From: Thiobacillus sp.
GTDB taxonomy: Bacteria; Pseudomonadota; Gammaproteobacteria; Burkholderiales; Thiobacillaceae
Assembly (NCBI GenBank): GCA_020724415.1
Contig: DYHB01000002.1
Span: forward strand, 726-64,725
DNA: 64,000 nucleotides
Direction of reading: 5' to 3'
The position numbers and the translations under genes were made by a program. The notes below the pieces were generated by a model that searched no databases, had not been told where the DNA came from, and worked only from the letters and a program-made list of their open reading frames with translations. Shown here piece by piece: positions 51,420 to 64,000 of the stretch (its first letter is position 1; each line of letters starts with the position of its first letter).

Positions 51420-53324
51420 CTAGCCTTGTGCTAGCTCGGTGCGAAGTCTGTTGACCAATGCATCCAGATGCATTTGACCCAAATCCTCGCCACCTCTGAC
51501 ACGAACAGCCACTTTTCCTTCCACGCGTTCCTTCTCGCCCACCACAATCTGATACGGCAGGCGCTGCATGGAGTGCTCGCGGATTTTATAGGTAATCTTC
51601 TCGTTTCTCAAGTCAGAAACCACTCTGAAGCCTTGTTTTTTCAAGCTTTCGGCCACTTGTTGCGCATATTCCGCCTGGCCGTCGGTAATGCTCATGACCA
51701 CAAGCTGTACCGGTGCCAGCCATAGAGGGAAGTTGCCGGCGTGATGTTCGATCAGGATGCCGATGAAGCGCTCCATGGAGCCCAGAATCGCCCGATGCAG
51801 CATGACCGGCGGCTTGCGGCTGTTGTCCTCGGCCACATATTCCGCCCCAAGGCGCACCGGCAGGTTGAAATCCAGCTGGATGGTGCCGCACTGCCAGAGC
51901 CGCCCCAGGCTGTCCTTGAGGGTGAATTCGATCTTGGGGCCGTAGAAGGCACCTTCCCCGGGCTGCAGGTCATAGGCCAGGCCATTCTGGGTCAGGGCAG
52001 CGGCCAGACCGGATTCTGCCTTGTCCCAGCTCTCGTCCGAGCCGACCCGCTTTTCCGGCCGGGTGGAGAGTTTGACCAGCACCTCATTGAAGCCGAAATC
52101 CGCATACACGACCTGGAGCATCTTGATGAAATCCGACACCTCGGCCTGGATCTGCTCTTCGGTACAGAAGATGTGGGCGTCATCCTGGACGAAACCGCGC
52201 ACCCGCATGAGTCCGTGCAGGGCCCCCGAAGGCTCGTTGCGGTGGCAGGATCCGAACTCGGCGATGCGCAGGGGCAGGTCCCGGTAGGAGTGCAGGCTGT
52301 GGTTGAAGATCTGCACATGACCCGGGCAATTCATGGGTTTCACGGCATAGTCCCGGTTTTCCGAAGCCGTGGTGAACATGTTTTCCCGGTAATTGTCCCA
52401 GTGACCCGACTTTTCCCACAGGGACTTGTCCATCACTGTGGGGGTCTTCACTTCCTGGTAACCGTATTCGGTGAACTTGGCCCGCATGTACTGCTCCACC
52501 TGCTGCCAGACCACCCAGCCGTGGGGATGCCAGAACACCATGCCCGGCGATTCCTCCTGCAGGTGGAACAAGTCCAGTTGCTTGCCCAGGCGGCGGTGAT
52601 CCCGTTTCTCGGCTTCTTCCAGGCGATGCAGGTAGGCGGCCAGGTCATCCTTGTTGGCCCAGGCGGTGCCGTAGATGCGCTGCAGCATCTCATTGCGGGA
52701 ATCGCCTCGCCAGTAGGCGCCGGCCACCTTCATGAGCTTGAAGGCCTTGAGTTTGCCCGTGGAGGGTACGTGGGGACCCCGGCACAGGTCGATGAAATCA
52801 CCCTCCCGATAGAGGGAGATGGTTTGGCCGTCAGGGATGGCGGCGATCAGTTCGGCCTTGTAATGCTCACCGATGGACTGGAAGAACTTGACCGCGTGGT
52901 CCCGCGGCCATTCCTCCCGGCTGACCGGGATGTCCTTCTTGGCCAACTCGGCCATGCGCTTCTCGATGGCGGCCAGATCCTCCGGCGTAAAGGGGCGTTT
53001 ATAGGAGAAATCGTAGTAGAAGCCGTCTTCGATGACGGGACCGATGGTCACTTGGGCCTCGGGGAACAGTTCCTTCACCGCGTAGGCCAGCAAATGAGCC
53101 GTGGAGTGGCGGATCAGGTCAAGGCCGTCGGCATCCCGGTCGGTGATGATGGCCAACTCGGCATCGGTCTCGATGGGATGGGAGGTATCCACCAGGCGGC
53201 CATCCACCTTGCCGGCCAAGGCCGCACGGGCCAATCCGGCGCCGATGCTGGCGGCCACTTGAGCCACGGTGACCGGTTCGTCAAACCGGCGTTCGGATCC
53301 ATCAGGAAGTCGTACAACGGGCAT
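51420..53324 (-). CDS. thrS: Threonine--tRNA ligase
   Basis: The ORF was trimmed to [17 protein letters not shown], the TGS domain. It contains HSTAHLL, class II motifs ([26 protein letters not shown]) and an anticodon-binding C-terminus. Confidence 0.96.
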   Translation of the reverse strand: MPVVRLPDGSERRFDEPVTVAQVAASIGAGLARAALAGKVDGRLVDTSHPIETDAELAIITDRDADGLDLIRHSTAHLLAYAVKELFPEAQVTIGPVIEDGFYYDFSYKRPFTPEDLAAIEKRMAELAKKDIPVSREEWPRDHAVKFFQSIGEHYKAELIAAIPDGQTISLYREGDFIDLCRGPHVPSTGKLKAFKLMKVAGAYWRGDSRNEMLQRIYGTAWANKDDLAAYLHRLEEAEKRDHRRLGKQLDLFHLQEESPGMVFWHPHGWVVWQQVEQYMRAKFTEYGYQEVKTPTVMDKSLWEKSGHWDNYRENMFTTASENRDYAVKPMNCPGHVQIFNHSLHSYRDLPLRIAEFGSCHRNEPSGALHGLMRVRGFVQDDAHIFCTEEQIQAEVSDFIKMLQVVYADFGFNEVLVKLSTRPEKRVGSDESWDKAESGLAAALTQNGLAYDLQPGEGAFYGPKIEFTLKDSLGRLWQCGTIQLDFNLPVRLGAEYVAEDNSRKPPVMLHRAILGSMERFIGILIEHHAGNFPLWLAPVQLVVMSITDGQAEYAQQVAESLKKQGFRVVSDLRNEKITYKIREHSMQRLPYQIVVGEKERVEGKVAVRVRGGEDLGQMHLDALVNRLRTELAQG

Positions 53325-53346
53325 GATCACCAACTCCATAAACAAT

Positions 53347-53371
53347 AAAAGCCAGACGGCGTCTGGCTTTT
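53347..53371. terminator. Bidirectional hairpin/terminator between tRNA-Val and thrS
   Basis: The sequence is AAAAGCCAGAC-ggc-GTCTGGCTTTTATT. On the - strand the U-tract runs directly into the thrS ribosome-binding site. Confidence 0.7.
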
Positions 53372-53378
53372 ATTAAGC

Positions 53379-53455
53379 TGGTAGGCACGATTGGATTCGA
53401 ACCAACGACCTCTTCCATGTCAAGGAAGCGCTCTAACCAACTGAGCTACGCGCCT
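53379..53455 (-). tRNA. tRNA-Val (anticodon GAC), CCA encoded
   Basis: The - strand reads AGGCGCGTAGCTCAGTTGGTTAGAGCGCTTCCTTGACATGGAAGAGGTCGTTGGTTCGAATCCAATCGTGCCTACCA. The anticodon loop is TTGACAT. Confidence 0.93.
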
Positions 53456-53525
53456 AAAGAGCTGCGCATTCTATACATCCGGCCCGCGTTAAGCAATGGC
53501 CGTGTACGGAATCGCTGGCAAAGGA

Positions 53526-55986
<2,461 letters not shown>

Positions 55987-55990
<4 letters not shown>

Positions 55991-56178
55991 TGAGTCACCA
56001 GCAATAACAATAGGCCGCCCAGCATGGAGAACAGGCCCATGAAACGAATCTGTCCATCCCTGAGCTGGGTCATGCGGGTAAAGGCATCGCGCCAGGCCGT
56101 GGGTGCCAGGAAGGGGAGCACCCCTTCCATGATCAACATCAGGGCCAGCGCGGGCAGGATAAGCTCCCCGATACTCAC
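55987..56178 (-). CDS. DUF2065 (YjeT-like) small membrane protein
   Basis: This 63-aa protein has two TM helices, LILPALALMLIMEGVLPFLAP and FMGLFSMLGGLLLLLV. Its position after hflC is conserved. Confidence 0.75.
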
Positions 56179-56190
56179 AACCAGGACGCC

Positions 56191-57063
56191 TTACTTGCCG
56201 CCCCGGGGGGACTTCATGTAGCGGAAGAACTCCGAGTTGGGTTGGATGACCATGACATCGTTCTTGTCCTTGAAGCTGCCCCGGTAGGCCTCCATGCTGC
56301 GATAGAAGGCATAGAACTCGGGGTTCTTGCCGAAGGCGGCGGCATAGATGCCCGAAGCCCGTGCGTCGCCCTCACCCTTGATGCGCTGGGCGTCACGATA
56401 AGCCTCGGCAATGATGATCTCCCGCTGCTTGTCGGCATCGGCCCGGATCTTCTCGGCTTCGGCGCCACCGGTGGAACGCAACTCATTGGCGACACGCTTG
56501 CGCTCTGCCTCCATGCGTCGGTAGACCGATTCACTTACTTCGGCCGGCAAGTCCACCCGTTTGACACGAACATCTGTCACCTGGATGCCAAACCGCCGGG
56601 CATCGGCATCGGCACTATTGCGAAGAGATTCCATTATATTGTCCCGTTCGCCGGACACCACGTCATGGACGGTACGCTTACCGAACTCGGCCCGCATTCC
56701 GTCATTGACAGTCTGGGACAGTCGATTCTCCGCCCGCTTTTCATCGCCATTGAAGCTGACGTAGAACTTTTCCACATCGAAAATGCGCCATTTGATGTAG
56801 TAGTCCACCAGCACGTTCTTCTTCTCAGACGTGATAAAACGCTGAGGGTCGGCCTCGTCCAGGGTCAGGATTCGGGTATCGAACATGCGCACGTTCTGCA
56901 CGATGGGCAACTTCAAGTAGAGGCCTGGCTCTTTCCTGACACTGACCACCTCCCCCAACTGGAAGACCAGAGCGCCCTGGCGTTGGTCGACGGTATAGAC
57001 GGACAGGGACAGGATCAGCAACGCGCCGACCAAGAGAAATACCAAGGTTCCGGATTTTTTCAT
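56191..57063 (-). CDS. hflC: Protease modulator HflC (SPFH/band-7)
   Basis: It has an N-terminal TM helix and an SPFH domain, with EAERKRVANELRSTGGAEAEKIRADADKQREIIIAEAYRDAQ. Confidence 0.93.
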   Translation of the reverse strand: MKKSGTLVFLLVGALLILSLSVYTVDQRQGALVFQLGEVVSVRKEPGLYLKLPIVQNVRMFDTRILTLDEADPQRFITSEKKNVLVDYYIKWRIFDVEKFYVSFNGDEKRAENRLSQTVNDGMRAEFGKRTVHDVVSGERDNIMESLRNSADADARRFGIQVTDVRVKRVDLPAEVSESVYRRMEAERKRVANELRSTGGAEAEKIRADADKQREIIIAEAYRDAQRIKGEGDARASGIYAAAFGKNPEFYAFYRSMEAYRGSFKDKNDVMVIQPNSEFFRYMKSPRGGK

Positions 57064-58259
57064 TGCCGTACCTCCCGATCACGGCTGCGGAAGGCATCGC
57101 GGGTACGACTATCCGCGGGATTCAGGGGTACGGGGCCCGTGGACTCCGTAGGGCTGGCATTGCCTGCCATTGCCTGGACGCCACCTGCGGCCTGCATCAA
57201 CTTGTCCAGGGGCAGGTACAGAAGATTGCCGCCGCCCTTATCATCCACAAGCACCTTGGACGTATTGGAGAGTACCTGCTGCATGGTGTCCTGATACAGA
57301 CGTTCCCGAGTCACCTGGGGAGCCTTGGAGTATTCCACCAGCACCTGCTGGAACCGGGAGGCCTCACCCTCGGCATTGGCGATCACCCGTTCCTTGTAGC
57401 CGGTGGCTTCTTCCAGGAGGCGCGAAGCCACACCACGCGCCTTGGGGATCACGTCGTTGGCATAGGCCTGACCCTCGTTCTTGAGGCGCTCCCGGTCCTG
57501 ACCGGCCTTGACTGCGTCATCGAAGGCAGCCTGGACCTGCTCGGGCGGCTGGGCATTCTGCATGTTGACCTTGCTGATGTTGATGCCGGTCCGGTAGCGA
57601 TCCAGGATTTCCTGCATCAGCTTGGTGGCCCGATCGGCCACTTCAGCCCGGCCCTCATACAGCACGAAGTCCATCTTGCTCTTGCCCACGATCTCACGAA
57701 TGGCGGTTTCCGCAGCACCCAGGACCGCTTCGTCGGGAGAACGGTTCATGAACAGGTAATCTTCAGGGTCCTTCAGGGTGTACTGGACGGAAAGCTGCAA
57801 GTCGATGATGTTTTCATCGTCCGTCAGCATCAGCGCTTCCGACAAGACCTTGGAGCGCACATTGTTGCGATAACCCACTTCCACGGTCCGAACCTGCTCC
57901 ACGTTGACCACTTCAGATGTTTCCACCGGATAGGGGATATGCCAGCGGGGACCAGGCATGGTGGTCTCGGAATATTTGCCGAAGCGCAGCACCACGCCGC
58001 GCTCGCCCGCATCCACGATATAGAACCCGCTGGCTGCCCAGACCACGGCGACGATGGCAATCAGCAGACCTATGCCTCCTGGCAACCTGAAGTTGCTGGG
58101 CATGGCCGGGCCACCCCGATCCTGGCCACCACCGCCACCAGACTTATTGCCAAACAGACCATTGAGGCGCTGGTTCAAGCGGCGCCAGAGTTCGTCCAAG
58201 TCAGGCGGGCCATCATTGCCACCGCCCCGATTGCCCCATTGGGGATCATTCCAAGCCAT
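57060..58259 (-). CDS. hflK: FtsH protease activity modulator HflK
   Basis: It begins MAWNDPQWGNRGGGNDGPPDLDELWRR with a Gly-rich N-terminus, followed by a TM helix and an SPFH domain. It has a 4-nt overlap with hflC. Confidence 0.93.
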   Translation of the reverse strand: MAWNDPQWGNRGGGNDGPPDLDELWRRLNQRLNGLFGNKSGGGGGQDRGGPAMPSNFRLPGGIGLLIAIVAVVWAASGFYIVDAGERGVVLRFGKYSETTMPGPRWHIPYPVETSEVVNVEQVRTVEVGYRNNVRSKVLSEALMLTDDENIIDLQLSVQYTLKDPEDYLFMNRSPDEAVLGAAETAIREIVGKSKMDFVLYEGRAEVADRATKLMQEILDRYRTGINISKVNMQNAQPPEQVQAAFDDAVKAGQDRERLKNEGQAYANDVIPKARGVASRLLEEATGYKERVIANAEGEASRFQQVLVEYSKAPQVTRERLYQDTMQQVLSNTSKVLVDDKGGGNLLYLPLDKLMQAAGGVQAMAGNASPTESTGPVPLNPADSRTRDAFRSRDREVRQ

Positions 58260-59388
58260 AGGATTCTGTTTCTATCTGCTGAGTTGTCGGGTTGCGTCGT
58301 GCCAGAACGAATTCGATCAGGGCCTTCCGCAACAGTTCAATTCCTGCGCCATTCAGGGCGCTAAGGGCAACGCGAGCAATGTTATCACACTCGTCCCGTG
58401 CCTCCATGGGCGCCAGGCCGGACAGATCAATCTTGTTCATCACCACGATCTGAGGCACACGATCGGCACCTATTTCAGCCAGCACCTTGTTGACCTCTTC
58501 CACCTGCCGGTCCCGGTTCGGGCTGGCGGAATCCACCACATGGAGCAGCAGGTCGGCATGGACGGTCTCTTCCAGTGTGGCGTGGAATGCCGCCACCAAG
58601 GTATGTGGCAGATGGGTGATGAAACCCACGGTGTCGGACAGAATTACCTGACCCGCCTCCGGCAGCCAGAGTTTTCGCGACGTGGTATCCAGCGTGGCGA
58701 ACAACTTGTCCGCAGCGTATACCCCCGCATGGGTCAGGCTGTTGAACAAGGTAGACTTGCCTGCGTTGGTGTACCCCACCAGGGAAACGGATATCACGCC
58801 ACCGCGCTGCCGGGCGCGGCGCTGCATGGCCCGCGTCCTTTCGAGCTTGGCGAGACGTGATTCGATGGTCTTGATCTTGCCTGCAATAAGACGCCGATCC
58901 AGTTCCAACTGGGTCTCCCCCGGACCTCCCCGCATGCCGATACCGCCTTTCTGGCGCTCCAAGTGGGTCCAGCCCCGTACCAGCCGGGTGGCATAATGGC
59001 GCAGCTGGGCCAGCTCCACTTGCAGTTTGCCCTCGTTGGTGCGGGCGCGCAGGGCGAAGATATGCAGGATCAGGGCCGTACGGTCCAATACCCGGCATTG
59101 CATCCTCTTTTCCAGGTTGCGTTCCTGGACCGGAGACAATTCGTGGTTGAAGATGACCAGGTCGGCCCCATGGGCGCGGGCGGATTCCGCAATCTCGTCC
59201 GCCTTGCCACTCCCGACGAAGTGTGCCGGGTCGGGCCGATCCCGCCTGCCCTGGACCACATCGGCCACGGTCAGGCCTGCGCCACTGGCCAGAAGATTCA
59301 GTTCCGACAGGCTTTCTAGATAATCCGGATCGCCGAAATTGACACTGGCCAATACGACGACCTGGCCGCCTTCCGGCCGTTCAAACAT
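58246..59388 (-). CDS. hflX: GTPase HflX
   Basis: It has the G1 motif GYTNAGKSTLFN, the G3 motif DTVGF and the G4 motif NKID. It lies in the hfq-hflX-hflK-hflC order. Confidence 0.93.
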   Translation of the reverse strand: MFERPEGGQVVVLASVNFGDPDYLESLSELNLLASGAGLTVADVVQGRRDRPDPAHFVGSGKADEIAESARAHGADLVIFNHELSPVQERNLEKRMQCRVLDRTALILHIFALRARTNEGKLQVELAQLRHYATRLVRGWTHLERQKGGIGMRGGPGETQLELDRRLIAGKIKTIESRLAKLERTRAMQRRARQRGGVISVSLVGYTNAGKSTLFNSLTHAGVYAADKLFATLDTTSRKLWLPEAGQVILSDTVGFITHLPHTLVAAFHATLEETVHADLLLHVVDSASPNRDRQVEEVNKVLAEIGADRVPQIVVMNKIDLSGLAPMEARDECDNIARVALSALNGAGIELLRKALIEFVLARRNPTTQQIETESYGLE

Positions 59389-59406
59389 CGAATGCCCGAC
59401 GCCCGC

Positions 59407-59637
59407 TCACTCCTCGCCCGGCTGGCGATAGAGTACCGCTCTGGATGGCACCACCGTGGAAATCGCGTGCTTGTAGACCATCTGGGTGACGGCATTCTTC
59501 AACAGCACGACATACTGGTCATAGCTGTCGATGTAGCCTTGAAGCTTGATCCCGTTAACAAGATAAACGGAAACCTGAACCTGATCCTGACGGAGGGCAT
59601 TCAGGAAGGGGTCTTGTAGCTGCTGCCCTTTGCTCAT
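59407..59637 (-). CDS. hfq: RNA chaperone Hfq
   Basis: The ORF was trimmed to [46 protein letters not shown]. An AGGA Shine-Dalgarno lies 8 nt upstream. Confidence 0.96.
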   Translation of the reverse strand: MSKGQQLQDPFLNALRQDQVQVSVYLVNGIKLQGYIDSYDQYVVLLKNAVTQMVYKHAISTVVPSRAVLYRQPGEE

Positions 59638-59746
59638 TTTATTGTTCCTAATCAATACGACTCAAAAAGAAGGATGGTAGCCCATTTCATGGAGGCACGC
59701 CCAGTTTATGGGACGGCTTGAACCCATTTAAAAACAGACTGTGGCG

Positions 59747-61144
59747 TCAGGAAAAAGTTTTCTTGCGCCAGCGCCTTTCTCGCCTGGCCTTGTTTTCCTG
59801 ACGCTCGCTGACGGTCTTGTTCCGCTTGCCTTCGAAGGGATTGATGCTGGCCTTGAATTCCACACGCAAGGGGGTTCCCAGCAGGTGGAATGCATCCCGG
59901 AAGGTGTTTTCCAGGTAGCGCTTGTAGTCATTGCCGATGGCGTCCAGATGGTTGCCATGCACCACGATGATGGGAGGATTGGAGCCCCCCTGGTGCGCGT
60001 ACTTTGGCTTGGGCCGGAAAAAGCCGGACTTGGGCGGGGCATGGCGGGCCACGGCATCGTGCAACACCTGGGTCAGGCGAGGTGTCGGCAGCTTGGCCAT
60101 GGCAGCACGATAGGCCTCGTCAATGGACTTCAGTACCGGAGCGATTCCGCTCCCCTTGAGGGCCGAAATAAAATGAAACCGGGCAAAGGACAGGAATGAC
60201 AGGCGCCATTCCATTTCCTTCTTGACCCGCTCCCGACGGTAGGCTTCCAGGTCATCCCACTTGTTGATGGCCACCACCAGAGCCCGCCCCGCCTCCAGGA
60301 TGAACCCAGCCAGGTGGGCATCCTGATCGGAAATCTCCTGCTGTGCATCCAGCACCAGGACGACGACGTTGGCATCCTCGATGGCCTGTAGGGTCTTGAT
60401 CACCGAGAACTTCTCGATCGCCTCGATCACGCGGCCTTTGCGACGCACCCCTGCGGTGTCGATCAGGGTGTAGTGGCGTCCGTTGCGTTCGAAATCCACA
60501 TAAATGGAGTCCCGGGTGGTGCCCGGCTGATCGAAGGCAATGACCCGCTCTTCACCCACCAAGGTATTGACCAACGTGGATTTGCCCACGTTGGGACGGC
60601 CTACGATGGCAATCTTGGGATGATCGGGCTCAACGTCTTCACCAGCGCCTTCCGGAAAGGCTTCCAGCACCAATTCCAGAAGCTCGCGGACATTCTCACC
60701 GTGGGCGCTGGAGATAGCCACAGGATTGCCCAGACCAAGTTCATGGAATTCGGCCACTGCCGTGGCCTGGGCCATGCCTTCCGTCTTGTTGACCGCGAGG
60801 AATACAGGGCGACCGGTACGGCGCAAGCGCTCTGCGATGATCATGTCTTGGGGGGCGACCCCGTTGCGGCCATCCACCAGAAAAATGATGGCATCCCCCT
60901 CATCCACAGCCTGCAGGGTCTGACGCGCCATCTCCGCCAGGATGCCGGAATCCACCACGGGCTCGAAGCCCCCCGTGTCCACCACCAGATAGGGCTTCCC
61001 CCCTACCCGGCCATGGCCGTAATGGCGGTCCCGGGTCAGCCCGGGCATATCATGCACCAGGGCATCCCGGGTTTTGGTCAGGCGGTTGAAAAGCGTGGAT
61101 TTCCCGACATTGGGGCGTCCCACCAAAACAATGGTTGGTTTCAT
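59747..61144 (-). CDS. der: Ribosome biogenesis GTPase Der (EngA)
   Basis: It has two tandem GTPase domains ([12 protein letters not shown] and [12 protein letters not shown]), a KH-like domain and a basic C-terminal tail. Confidence 0.95.
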   Translation of the reverse strand: MKPTIVLVGRPNVGKSTLFNRLTKTRDALVHDMPGLTRDRHYGHGRVGGKPYLVVDTGGFEPVVDSGILAEMARQTLQAVDEGDAIIFLVDGRNGVAPQDMIIAERLRRTGRPVFLAVNKTEGMAQATAVAEFHELGLGNPVAISSAHGENVRELLELVLEAFPEGAGEDVEPDHPKIAIVGRPNVGKSTLVNTLVGEERVIAFDQPGTTRDSIYVDFERNGRHYTLIDTAGVRRKGRVIEAIEKFSVIKTLQAIEDANVVVLVLDAQQEISDQDAHLAGFILEAGRALVVAINKWDDLEAYRRERVKKEMEWRLSFLSFARFHFISALKGSGIAPVLKSIDEAYRAAMAKLPTPRLTQVLHDAVARHAPPKSGFFRPKPKYAHQGGSNPPIIVVHGNHLDAIGNDYKRYLENTFRDAFHLLGTPLRVEFKASINPFEGKRNKTVSERQENKARRERRWRKKTFS

Positions 61145-61189
61145 GCCATTCGGCTCGTTCTCAGGATGTTTTCGGTGGGATAAGGAAGG

Positions 61190-62362
61190 TCAGCGTTCAC
61201 TGCCAGCCCGGAAGCGGAACGCGTAAACACTGCCTTTGCCCGTCTGGACGACAAACCCATTGTCCAGAGCCAGCATGTCCCCGGTAATCGGGCTGCCGTC
61301 GGTGGCGTGGCGTGCCAGGAAGGCCCCGCTGTCGGAATCCAGGACATGAATGTAGCCCTGGAGATCTCCCAGCACGAGGTATCGCCCCACGACCAGGGGG
61401 GGCGAAAGCTGCCGCCCCTTGAGGCGATCCTGCTTCCATACGGCCGACCCCCGGAGCTTGTCATGGGCGACGACCTCATCATCGATGTTGACGGCATAGA
61501 GGAAACGCCCGTCCTGGGCGACGCCGCTCAGGCCTGAAAAGTCCCTGGACCAGATGGGACTGCCTTTACTGGCATCCAGACATGTCAGCCGGCCCTGATA
61601 GGCCACACCGCACACCAGACGGTCATCCAGGGCCAAGGCCCCCGTCACGTCGGCAATCCGTTCGATCTCGCTGCTGCCCTTGGGCAAGGCGATGTTCGCT
61701 TCCCATACGATGGCCCCGTTGGCCCTGGACAGCCCGGTGATCTTGCCGCCCGGATGGCCCGCATAAATCATCGCGGCGGAAAGTGCGGGCGATCCGGGTT
61801 GGCGCAGGATGAGGGCCGGGAGTGCACGACTCTGGACCCACTTGCGGCGGCCGTCCGTGGCCGAAAGAAGATGGATCCGGCCATCGGTCGTGCGAACGAC
61901 CACGTCATCACCCTCGACCACGGGGGGGGTGAGTATTTCGCCGCCCACCTTCACGGACCATGCCTGGGACCCGTCGGCAGCATTCAAGGCCACCACCTCA
62001 CCCTTGAGCGTCCCCACCGTCACCAAGCGGGGACCCACGCCCACACCCGCTGAAATCGACCGACCGGTATCCACCCGCCATGCAATGCGCCCAGACTGCA
62101 ACTCGATCCTGGATACTTGGCCGTCATTGCCTGCCACGAAGATGGCATCATCGCTGCCACCCGGAACCAAGGCACGGCCCCGGCCATCGCCCACCTGGGC
62201 GTCCCAGGCCTTCACGAGCTGCAGGGCCGGCACGAATTCCACCAGTTCGGCAGGCTTCACTTTCAGTGGCTGGGCACCCTGGCCAAACCAGCCGCCTACA
62301 GTGCCACAGCCCACCAGGGCTGCGCTGACCAGCGCAATCATCAGTCCTTTATGGGCCGGCAT
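61190..62362 (-). CDS. bamB: Outer membrane protein assembly factor BamB
   Basis: It has a lipoprotein signal LVSAALVGC and repeated PQQ-like beta-propeller blades. The yfgM-bamB-der order fits. Confidence 0.9.
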   Translation of the reverse strand: MPAHKGLMIALVSAALVGCGTVGGWFGQGAQPLKVKPAELVEFVPALQLVKAWDAQVGDGRGRALVPGGSDDAIFVAGNDGQVSRIELQSGRIAWRVDTGRSISAGVGVGPRLVTVGTLKGEVVALNAADGSQAWSVKVGGEILTPPVVEGDDVVVRTTDGRIHLLSATDGRRKWVQSRALPALILRQPGSPALSAAMIYAGHPGGKITGLSRANGAIVWEANIALPKGSSEIERIADVTGALALDDRLVCGVAYQGRLTCLDASKGSPIWSRDFSGLSGVAQDGRFLYAVNIDDEVVAHDKLRGSAVWKQDRLKGRQLSPPLVVGRYLVLGDLQGYIHVLDSDSGAFLARHATDGSPITGDMLALDNGFVVQTGKGSVYAFRFRAGSER

Positions 62363-62364
62363 CC

Positions 62365-62994
62365 CTAGCTCCCTACCCCATCCATCTTGATCTCCACCAG
62401 CGGGCGCAGGGAGCTTTTCTCTCCCAGATGTTCCAGGGCCGTCTTGTAGGCCGCCTGGGCCTCGGCCGGCTTGCCTTGGGCGGCCAGGACATCCCCTTTC
62501 ATGTTGGCATAGAGACCCGCATAGGCCGGGTCGTGGGGCTGATCGAGCAATGCCAGCGCACCGGCGTAATCCTTCTCGTCGAGAAGGACGGCAGCCAGGC
62601 GAAGCCGGCCCATTTGAACCAGGCCATCGTCCTTGGCGTGCTTCAGGGCATATTCATACTGAGCCTTGGCGCTCTTCAAGTCACCCGCGACGAAGTTCAT
62701 GCGTCCGGCCAGCCAGGCTGCGGGCGTGGCATAGGCCGACCCCGACTGGTGTTCCATGATCTGGGCCGTGACATCCCGCGTGGCCTTGTCGTCGTTGCTG
62801 CTGGCTGCCTGGATGGCCCGCTCGAACAGTTGGGAGCTTTCCGTGGCCTGGTTCAGGGTATGGGTTTCCCAATAGCGCCAGCCCCCCACTCCGATGACGA
62901 ATGCCGCAACCCCGGCGATGACGAATTTACCGTTCTGCTTCCACCAGGCCTTGAGTTCGTCTATCTGTTCCTGTTCTTCGAGATCCAATGCCAT
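62365..62994 (-). CDS. YfgM-like TPR membrane protein (ancillary SecYEG translocon subunit family)
   Basis: The ORF was trimmed to MALDLEEQEQIDELKAWWKQNGKFVIAGVAAFVIGVGGW. One TM helix is followed by TPR-like repeats. It starts 1 nt after the hisS stop. Confidence 0.85.
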   Translation of the reverse strand: MALDLEEQEQIDELKAWWKQNGKFVIAGVAAFVIGVGGWRYWETHTLNQATESSQLFERAIQAASSNDDKATRDVTAQIMEHQSGSAYATPAAWLAGRMNFVAGDLKSAKAQYEYALKHAKDDGLVQMGRLRLAAVLLDEKDYAGALALLDQPHDPAYAGLYANMKGDVLAAQGKPAEAQAAYKTALEHLGEKSSLRPLVEIKMDGVGS

Positions 62995-62995
62995 G

Positions 62996-64000
62996 TCATG
63001 ATTCCTTAATAAATTCAACGGCCTGAGCCAGGGAACAACGCTGCTGCTGCCCATCCTGCCTCAGGGGTTTGCATCCCAGTACGCCTGCGGCGGCCTCATC
63101 ATCACCGATAATGATCCCAAACCGGGCGCCACTGGCATCGGCCTTCTTCATCTGGGACTTGAAGCTGCCGCCGCCACCATGCACCGTCACTGCAAGTCCG
63201 GCATCGCGCAGGGTCTCGGCCGCCTGTAGTGCAAACCGGCCAGCCGATGCCCCCACATTCACCACATAGGCATCCGGCCGTGCCAGCGTCCCGGCTTGAC
63301 CGGTCTCGAGCATCAGGGCGAGGAGCCTTTCCACGCCCATGGCAAAACCGCAGGCGGGTGTCGGCTTGCCCCCCAACTGGGCCACCAGGCCGTCATACCG
63401 GCCGCCGGCACAGACGGTACCTTGAGCGCCCAGCTTCTCGGTCACCCATTCGAACACTGTGTAATTGTAATAGTCCAGCCCACGGACCAAGCGCGTATTC
63501 ACGCTGAAGGGAATGCCCGCATCCTGCAGCGCCTGCTTGACCGCCTCGAAATGGCCGAGTGCGGCCTCATCCAATTCATCCATCAACCGGGGGGCGGCTT
63601 CCACCAAAGGCTGCATGGCGGGATTCTTCGTGTCAAGAATGCGCAATGGATTGGTGTGCAGGCGACGTTGCGCATCTTCATCCAGCAGGGCCTCATTGGC
63701 CTGGAAATACTCGATGAGTTTCTGGCGATGCCGGGCCCGGGATTCGGGCCCACCGAGGGAGTTGATTTCCAGCCGCACATCCCCCGCCAGCCCGAGCAGG
63801 CGCCACAACCGTGCTGTCATGAGCAAATGCTCCACATCGACATCAGGTCCGGCAAAACCCAGAGCCTCGACCCCTACCTGGTGAAACTGACGATAGCGTC
63901 CTTTCTGGGGCCGCTCGTGACGGAACATGGGGCCCTGATACCAAAGCCGCTTGCCACCGTCGAACAGAAGATTGTGCTCGATCACGGCCCGCACACACGA
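62996..64000 (-). CDS. hisS: Histidine--tRNA ligase, C-terminal two-thirds (gene runs off the window end)
   Basis: It contains [24 protein letters not shown] (motif 2), GGGRYDGL (motif 3) and a C-terminal anticodon-binding domain. The frame stays open to position 64000. Confidence 0.93.
   Translation of the reverse strand, partial: SCVRAVIEHNLLFDGGKRLWYQGPMFRHERPQKGRYRQFHQVGVEALGFAGPDVDVEHLLMTARLWRLLGLAGDVRLEINSLGGPESRARHRQKLIEYFQANEALLDEDAQRRLHTNPLRILDTKNPAMQPLVEAAPRLMDELDEAALGHFEAVKQALQDAGIPFSVNTRLVRGLDYYNYTVFEWVTEKLGAQGTVCAGGRYDGLVAQLGGKPTPACGFAMGVERLLALMLETGQAGTLARPDAYVVNVGASAGRFALQAAETLRDAGLAVTVHGGGGSFKSQMKKADASGARFGIIIGDDEAAAGVLGCKPLRQDGQQQRCSLAQAVEFIKES

Overview
This is a GC-rich chromosomal core region. 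Gene order and protein families look betaproteobacterial (Rhodocyclales/Nitrosomonadales-like), but that is inference from synteny and no search was run. I call about 60 protein genes, 3 tRNAs, several intrinsic terminators and 5 promoters that can be read by eye.

Content from left to right:
- rlmB (partial), rnr and tRNA-Leu(CAG).
- A complete flagellar basal-body/hook cluster, flgLKJIHGFEDCB on the - strand and flgA-flgM-flgN on the + strand. A GGEEF diguanylate cyclase sits between flgB and flgA, and a small heavy-metal-associated protein is coupled to flgN.
- The conserved dnaQ-rnhA-methyltransferase / gloB-mltD block.
- A YejABEF-type peptide ABC transporter, then hns.
- bcp with a PIN-PhoH2 gene, then tag, clpB, nadC, galE and a CapD/WbpM-type dehydratase.
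- msrA, an EEP-family protein, glgC/glgB, and pgi-HDOD-SirB2.
- The translation cluster tRNA-Val-thrS-infC-rpmI-rplT-pheS-pheT-ihfA-merR-like-tRNA-Pro.
- purA-hisZ-DUF2065-hflC-hflK-hflX-hfq, then der-bamB-yfgM-hisS (partial).

I found no mobile element, CRISPR array, prophage remnant, obvious pseudogene or recognisable defence island. The window reads as ordinary housekeeping DNA, and I do not see a convincing new multi-gene system.

The best leads, all modest:
1. The cytoplasmic diguanylate cyclase with an unassigned ~350-aa N-terminal region, embedded in the flg control region.
2. The HMA-domain protein translationally coupled to flgN.
3. A 12-13 bp periodic ATTGGC(C) repeat array upstream of hns.
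4. The tightly packed pgi-HDOD-SirB2 and bcp-PIN/PhoH2 gene strings.
5. A few regulatory oddities: a non-AUG infC start, a terminator hairpin abutting the thrS ribosome-binding site, and a 13-bp perfect palindrome between tag and bcp.

Many long ORFs in the supplied track are antisense or N-terminally over-extended artefacts of GC3 bias. I trimmed starts where a canonical N-terminus or signal peptide was visible.
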